Below, one piece after another: positions 56,648 through 64,000 of a stretch of 64,000 nucleotides of DNA. The stretch covers positions 186,001 to 250,000 of the forward strand of contig CT868006.1 of the NCBI GenBank assembly GCA_000165425.1, given 5' to 3'. Position 1 is the first letter of the stretch. The number at the start of each line of letters is the position of its first letter. The notes below the pieces were generated by a model that had not been told where the DNA came from, did not search any database, and saw nothing but the letters and a program-made list of their open reading frames with translations. The stretch comes from Paramecium tetraurelia (Eukaryota). A program made the translations under genes and the position numbers.

Positions 56648-58175
56648 ATGAAATCAAAACCATTTTCGATTACTAGTTCAATTTTTACTTCACCCAATTC
56701 TTAGTTTTGGAATGACTAAGATTTTTAAAAAACTAAAGAAAATTTCAAAGACGATTATTTTCTCTTTTTCTCGAATAAAAAGCTAACTTACTTGAATAAG
56801 CCTCTATAAAAAGCTGGTTCAATAATTAGGAAACAAAAAAAAAATGTAACCCCCACTTTAATTTATCCTAGGGTCTGTATTTATGGTGTGATGTCAGTAA
56901 TGCTTTAATTGAGCTCATCGAAATCCAACATGTAGGACATGGTTTAAGAATCACTAAAAATTAACAAAGTATTCAATTCTTTGGATATGTGGATGCCTGG
57001 TTTAAGGATTTAAAGAAATTTTGTATTCAAAGAAAAATTAATGAATCATATATAATCAATAATAAAATTGGATGTGGAAGTTATGCTGATGTATTTAAAT
57101 TTAAATTAGCAATTAGGTTTACAAAGTTACTCGAAAGGCTGATAACAAAGATTTCGCAGCTAAGATCTACGACAAGTCATCAGACAAATTCGACCCTGAG
57201 TGCATCATTAAAGAAATTGACATTCTAAGAAAAATGGATCACCCTAATGTAATTTCACTTCTAGAGACTTTCGAAACTCAAAAATATATCTTCCTTATAA
57301 CAGAGCTCTTTATATATGGAAGCTTAGATGATGTGATCACTAAGACACCATTTACAGAGGAGGAGGTTTTAAGAGGGATGTATAAAATAATTGATGCCTT
57401 ATCAAACATTCATTCCAAGGGCATAATACACAGAGATATCAAACCAGAAAATATCCTATTTCGAAAACCAAATCTGGATGATATTTTGATTTCAGATTTT
57501 GGTTTAGCAGATTACTATAACTAAGAAGGATTATATTAATATCAGAGATGCGGTACTCCTGGAAACATGGCACCAGAAATATTGAATGATCAACCTTATG
57601 ATTATAAAATTGATTCCTACAGTGCTGGTTTAATATTTTATTAAATGCTGAGTTTCGGAAGATCTCCCTTTATAGTTGAAGATTATCAGGAAACTCTGAT
57701 TAAAAATTAATAAGGTCTCATTGACTATTCAGAAATCAATGCATCACCCTAAGCAAAAGCCTTGCTTTAATAGATGTTAGAAGTGGATCCAATTAAAAGA
57801 TGCACAATTAATGATGCCAAATTTAATCCACTTTTTAAGAAATTCAACAGAATGACAATCATTATTAAAAGAAAAAGAATTCTCCAAGATCAAACTGTGT
57901 CAAGCTATAGTCCAAGAAGCACATCAATATATCAGACTCCATCTAATTCTCCACAAGTTCTGAAAATTCCGAAAAATAAAAGCATCGGCCTCAACACTCT
58001 GCATTGTCTACCAAATCGAGTAAGAAGCATGGATAGCTAACTCTTTCCTTCTCCTAGATCATGCAACTCTGGAGGAAATAGTGCTAAAGCTCAATGTAAG
58101 CAAAGAAATAGGAATTTTAAGATTAATGTCAAAAATAGTATTTACCAAAGCATGAGTTCAACAAAAGCCATTTGA
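56648..58175 (+). CDS. CAMK-like Ser/Thr protein kinase with N-terminal PH-like region
   Basis: [45 protein letters not shown]. Confidence 0.92.
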
Positions 58176-58451
58176 ATCATTGATCAACTTATTATGATTA
58201 ATGATATCTAATGTATTCATAAATATAATCAAACATTATTATTATCCTTATTTTTGAAATAGAATTATTAGATATCAATATTCAAATTTATCAGAATAAT
58301 TCAAAACCTTATACATTTATAGATCATTTTCATTTAGAGATTTAATTAATAAAATATATTTATAATATTATTAAATAAAATTAGTAATTTTTTATTCACA
58401 AAAACCTATATAACTACTATTTATAGAAATATATTTTATAAATTATTAATA

Positions 58452-59184
58452 TCAAAGTTTTTTCAAAATTGTATCCAATTTTAATACAACATCTAGATCT
58501 CCCTTTTCTATTAATTTATTTAGAACTATTTCTAATATATATTGAATGGCACAGATTGATAAAGCCTTATCAAACAAATAATCATCTCCACTGATAGATG
58601 ACACGATGATTAAGTTCCCCAAAATAAAATAGAAATAACCAACTAGTATGAATTTTGTGTCAATATTCTCTATCAATTTTTTCTTTAGTATTCTATAAGC
58701 TAATAAATATGCAAACAAAAATATGATTAGCTATATTAAATTGTAGATTGGAACAATCAATAAACCTAAAATCCAAGATGATTTATTAAAGTCCTCAATA
58801 CCATAATAAGCATTCATGATTGAAACAACCATCAGATTGTTGGAGATATATAAAATGTATTATCCGATCTTAATTAGCTCAATGTCTAAAAGTTAATTAA
58901 TATTAAAAACTTTGTTTATTCTATTTGAATTATTTGTAGCTATACAAATACAGCTCAAGTAAACCAACTTACTCTTGTTTTCCTTGACTAGTCTTGGGAC
59001 TATTAAGGTCTGGCTAATCTACTGGATTATCCTCCTAAGCATTATTCTTGATGGTTTCTAATTCTTTTGGTTTTTCTTTTTGTTATTCAAGTTTTTATAA
59101 ATGTCTTTACCAAGAGTACCCTACACTAATTAGAATTGTGTATCCCAATAGTAAAGAAATACTATCGACAATCTCTTAGTTCAT
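58452..59184 (-). CDS. Hypothetical multi-pass membrane protein
   Basis: MNQEIVDSISLLLGYTILISVGYSW... followed by several hydrophobic helices; one intron. Confidence 0.7.
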
Positions 59185-59265
59185 AGATAATTTAATTAAT
59201 GATTCCTTAGGATTAAATAATTTGTTTAAGTAAATACATTATAAATAAAATGAATGACAAAATTT

Positions 59266-60820
59266 TCATTAAACTTTTTAAATTTATTTCTTTAAAGCAA
59301 TCTGTTGCAATAGTTCCTAATGTAATACTTTAATTTTTACCTATTTCCTGCTCTGAAATTCTTCCAAATACATATTGCGTTTCGCTTGTTATTCTTCAAT
59401 CTTATATTTTAATTCTACATTTTAGTTTTCTATATTTTCTACAAATTCTGGAGAGTAGTCTTCATTTTACATCAAGTCTTCATCCCAAAATGCCTCCTGT
59501 GGTTATGATTACAACTAAAACACTTATTGTTAACCTTGTATTATCTATTAATTCTATTTAGTCTCTGATTTCTTCACTGATAATCCTGTTGGTGTATGAA
59601 AATAAGTTTATACTTACTAATACTTCTGTTATAACTCTGAATTTTCAACTGATAATTATTTGTATTGCTGGACCAATAATTATTGATCTTCTTCAAGTTC
59701 TTTGCTTTGTTAAACGATTTTAATTCTCATCTAAAAGTTAAATTAATGTAAGGTTCTTTTCCACTTTGTGAAGAATTTACTCATCATTTTATCCTCATTC
59801 ATAACAATCTTATATAAATATTTATAGATGATTAGATTCCTCCTCTTCCTCAGATATTTCATATGGGCTTGATTTAATGCCTAATTTAATTTGCTTGAAA
59901 TAACAGACTAAATATTAAATGGTAATTACTAAATTTTTTATTATGTCAGCATTTGCACTTTAACTATTCTAGTTATTCCTGTTATAACAAACTATTTTAT
60001 AAAAGCCGTATGATATATTTTTTAACATCAGCCTTCTTAATACGATTTTAAAATTCAGCATCACGACCAATTTTTAAGTATTTCGTTATTTATATTTTTT
60101 TAATTCTACGAATGCGTTTGAAACTATCTAAAATTTCTATTTGTTTAATAATGCAACAATTTAAAATGTCAGTTATAAGACTTCATTTTACTTTTTAATA
60201 TCAATTTAAGACTGTTCATTGTAGTTAATTTCAAATTTTTTCTTCCAATAACAAAAACAATGCATTTTTTTATTTTCTAATGCCATAACAAATTTGGATA
60301 TAGCTTCTTGTTTTTTCATCTCTCTTTGTAAATGCATTTCTCTATTTCTCTAGAACTTTTGTAGTATTTTAAGAAATCTTGATTGGTAATTGAATCTATA
60401 AGCAAACACTTTTAAAAATGGAATTATTTTTCTTGAATTTTTATTCATAAGCCTTATCATCAAGTGTCTGTAATGATTACTTACTCGCTTTTGCAAAATG
60501 TAAATCATCCTACACAAAGTCTCTTTTTTCAATATTTCCAATTAAACAAGGTTGTAATTTTACAATTAATGCAATGCTTCTCTGAATTGATTAGTATTTG
60601 AAATATTGATTTAAAATGCTCCCTTTTCATCATCCTTTTCTGAGAGCATTTTGACATTATTTCGATTAGCCATTTTGAAGTTTTTGATTTTTAAATACGC
60701 ATAGTTTCTTAAATTGTACAGTTTTTGCACTATTCTGCGATCTATTATTTTAATCAGAGATTTTAATCTCTCTTCCTTTTATAGTTACTTTTTTTGAAGT
60801 AAGGAAACTAATTGTTCCAT
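59266..60820 (-). CDS. Hypothetical basic coiled-coil protein
   Basis: MEQLVSLLQKKQLQKEERLKSL... long code-6 frame; terminal intron, then ELLQQIALKKQIQKVQ*. Confidence 0.65.
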
Positions 60821-61524
60821 TTTAAATAATTGTTATATAAAATTATAATATAGTTTATTAGAAATTATAATAAAAAATAGATTCATTTCAAATTTGCATT
60901 TAGGTTACTTTAGTAAAGATTACTCTAACGATAAACAATTAGATTTTTGAATTTGTTGTAATCTATTCAATATAGTTATCCTAAACAGGTTTAACCTTAT
61001 TTCATAGAAAATAATTAAATTTCATTGAAAATTATTTTTTTTATTAAAGAGTCCTTTGATTGAAACAAGTTCAGTTCAAATTCTTTAATTCAACAAGAAT
61101 AAAAACTCTAAGGGTTAGTGAAGTAATTAATTTAATAGCTGATGCAAATAATTTAACATCTAAAGACCTTGTTTGAGTTCTTGAATAATATTTATTCGTC
61201 GATCTTTTTTTCCTACTCATTCATATAATATTAAAGTCATTAAAATAATATTAAACTAATTTTAACATGGTAAGGATTACTTTACAAAATAATTATTTTA
61301 TTTTTAAATTGTATACCAAAACGACAATCAAAATATTATTTATACAACTTTAAGAATTTTCCCGTTCCAATAGGTAATTTTATTATATGTTACTTAACTC
61401 TTCTAAGTGTGTTTTATTCTGGATTTAAATAAATTGCCAATGAGATGAGGACATTGTGAATTAATTTCTTATTCATACTAAAAGTCTGTTTTTTTAATAT
61501 TAATATTAATATTACTTTATAGAA

Positions 61525-62631
61525 ATGAAATCCTTTCAATGTACAGATCATAAAAAAGATATTATTTATTATTGTAATGACTAACATTGCGAAATGAGAT
61601 GCTTGTGTGCTGATTGTGAACATGAGCATGAGAAAACTGCAGTACAAAGTTTGCTTGAAGGTTACAATATAAAAGAACTGGTTTAAACCTTCTAAAGTTT
61701 TAAATACATTATAAATGATTTAATGGCAAAGATGGAACATGAATTGAGCCAACACCTTTAATAAATTAAATAACCTTAAGCGACTGCTTAAAATTTAGAA
61801 TAATTCGATAAATAGCTGAGTGAGATCTCAAATATCTAAAATACACTATAATTCAAAATTAAAAATAGATTGCAGCACATTATTAATGCATTAAAAGGAT
61901 AGGATTTAGATTCAAGTCCTAATACCCTAATTGATGCTCGTAAAAAAGACCATTCGAAATCAATTATTCTCAGTTAGGCCTAATTATAATAAGATATGAT
62001 TAAGAAAAGCAGGTAGTCAAAAATATTCAAAATGAACATTCCTCAATCCAATTAGTAAGAAACATAACAGATTCTTTAATAACCAAACTTAAATTTGGAC
62101 AGAGTTGAAGTGGCAAGATTGTAATAACTGAGTACATAAGACTGGGCTTGGAAAATGAGTTCATCCACTGTGTTTTGTTGTATATTCTCAGCCTTACGAG
62201 ATTTGAAAATAATAGGATTTTTACAGCCCTGCTTATTCAAAAGTAATACCAATAATTACCAAAAAAAATCAGCAGTCATCAATTTTGGCATTTATAATAA
62301 AAAGAATTTGACCAAATAACCCATACACATGGAGAAATACACATTGAGACATAGTAAGATGAAGATAGTCAATGATTGTTATGAGTTGATGTTAAGTAAA
62401 CCTATCAGCATTAAGGAATTTACAGAATATTCTATTGCAATATGGCCAAGCAAAGTCTTGTATTGTCACTATTTTAGTATTGCTGCTCCTATAAATCCAT
62501 TCATAGCATTTCAAACTTAAGATTTCAATGACAATCCTAAAATAAAGAGATCTGAAGATTTTCCATAGGTGATATCAACATTTCGTGCAGGTTTAGTCCC
62601 TTATTTGATAATTGATCCAAGAGAGTAATGA
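61525..62631 (+). CDS. B-box-like zinc finger, coiled coil and C-terminal beta domain (possibly PHR-like)
   Basis: 1107-nt ORF; CTDHKKDIIYYCNDQHCEMRCLCADCEHEH at the N-terminus. Confidence 0.72.
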
Positions 62632-62696
62632 ATGACATTAATTTACGAAATTAAGAGTCTGTTTAATATATGAAATATGGCGATATATTATTAAAT

Positions 62697-63573
62697 TCAA
62701 TCATTAACACCTTTACCTATAATTTTTAAAGTGTCTTAGATGGTCTTAATGACACTACTTAGATTGTCTATTATTTAGTTTTGTTGATTAAATCTTTAGT
62801 TCATTTCTTCCTTCAAATTGTAAGCCACATGATTGAATTCATCAATTGTTTTGACATGGAAATCTTGATTATTCTTTCTTTGTCTTTGAATCTCTTAATC
62901 AGTGTGATCCCTTAACTCTTTGCTTTAAAGAATTCTCTCTGACTTTTCATTGCTCAGTTTCTCATTTAATTGATAGGCTTCGTCGTCCAATTTTCTCAAG
63001 ATCTCCTTTTCCCTTTCAACTCTAGTGTTTTTTTCTGTTTCATAATGCTCAAATAAAGCTACGATTGGTAATTAAATGTACTGGTTAATTGTTTCCTGAT
63101 TTCTCTAAGGTTTTCATCAGATTATCTCATTCTTTCCTATTTTTCTTCTTCCAATTTTTAAGTGAGATCCTTAAGATAAACATTAGCGTCAACAATCCTT
63201 TAGTCTGTTTAATGTGCAAATGTTTCATGTTGGGTTTATAATTTCTGATTTGTTTAATTCAACACTTGAGTAAATTTTGAATCATAGGCAATTAAAGTAT
63301 TATTAATTCTTTCACCCTCCTGAGTGATGAATTCCCTAGTATTTTGAATTTTCCTAAGAATAGAGATGAGAATAACCTATGTACATCAAGAAATTTAGCT
63401 TCCAGTTATTTTTTTGCCTCTTCTCTATTTCTTTTCATATCTTCGAAATCATTTGCCAAGTCTCCCATCTGATTCTCGAGTAGTGTGAGTTTTTCATTGT
63501 CTTTAGGCAATTGCTTGTAAGGTTTTTAAGTCAAAGGACCTGTTGCTTATAAATTTGCTTATGTTTATTACAT
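62697..63573 (-). CDS. SF-assemblin/beta-giardin-like striated rootlet protein
   Basis: Short Pro-containing head followed by a long coiled coil, ending NQIIDNLSSVIKTIQDTLKIIGKGVND*, which resembles the SF-assemblin C-terminus. Confidence 0.72.
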
Positions 63574-63620
63574 AAATTAATTTAATAATATTTTGACAAG
63601 AATAACAAGTAACATATTTA

Positions 63621-64000
63621 TCAATGCTAAAAATTTTATCTTCTTTTGATTACTACAGCTTTCGGATTGACAATACCCCTAGCAGTGCTGGGTTCATCCA
63701 ACTAAGTTTTCACTCTTTATGCTAAGCAATCAATTCTATTCTCATGAACTCTATCATATTTTCTTTCTGATTTTGGATCTTGATGATTCAATTTGATCTT
63801 TAATTTAGGTACTTCCATCAATCTCAGAGGTTACATTTTAAAGATAGTTTGGGGTTTCAAGATATTGCCATTGGAACTATTGACAATACTTGTTTTGGTG
63901 ACAAAATTATGATTCACAGTACTCTGAGTATTCTAAACCTACGTGGTAGGATTGAGATTATGATTGAAAAAATGGAAATTGGGAGCAACAGTCCTATGAG
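63621..64000 (-). CDS. 3' part of a hypothetical gene (continues beyond the window)
   Basis: Open code-6 frame ending ...EPSTARGIVNPKAVVIKRRQNFQH*. Confidence 0.6.

Overview
AT-rich, gene-dense eukaryotic DNA from a ciliate macronuclear genome, almost certainly Paramecium. TAA/TAG read as Gln, TGA is the only stop, and genes are split by many tiny (about 21-32 nt) GT..AG introns, so the supplied standard-code ORF track is fragmented. Retranslating by hand with code 6 gives about 40 genes. Recognisable ones: PP2C, PKA regulatory and catalytic subunits, a CFAP161/calcyphosin fusion, CCT3, a TTLL tubulin ligase, RING/B-box, eIF4E-family, PRELI, a cNMP-gated channel-like protein, a hybrid histidine-kinase-like protein, PTEN, Rbx1/APC11-like RING-H2, centrin, a SHIPPO-repeat protein, acyl-CoA oxidase, MCM2, a kinesin-like protein, a CAMK-like kinase and SF-assemblin. 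The most striking find is an intronless gene (41628-42470) encoding a complete but circularly permuted von Willebrand A domain with a CaaX tail. Other finds: a hybrid histidine pseudokinase with an Asp-to-Glu receiver, several other pseudo-enzymes, a one-base frame break in CCT3, E2F-like sites upstream of MCM2, and a sharp G/C strand-skew switch. No tRNA, rRNA, transposon, telomere or CRISPR was seen. Gene models are manual and the boundaries of hypothetical genes are approximate.
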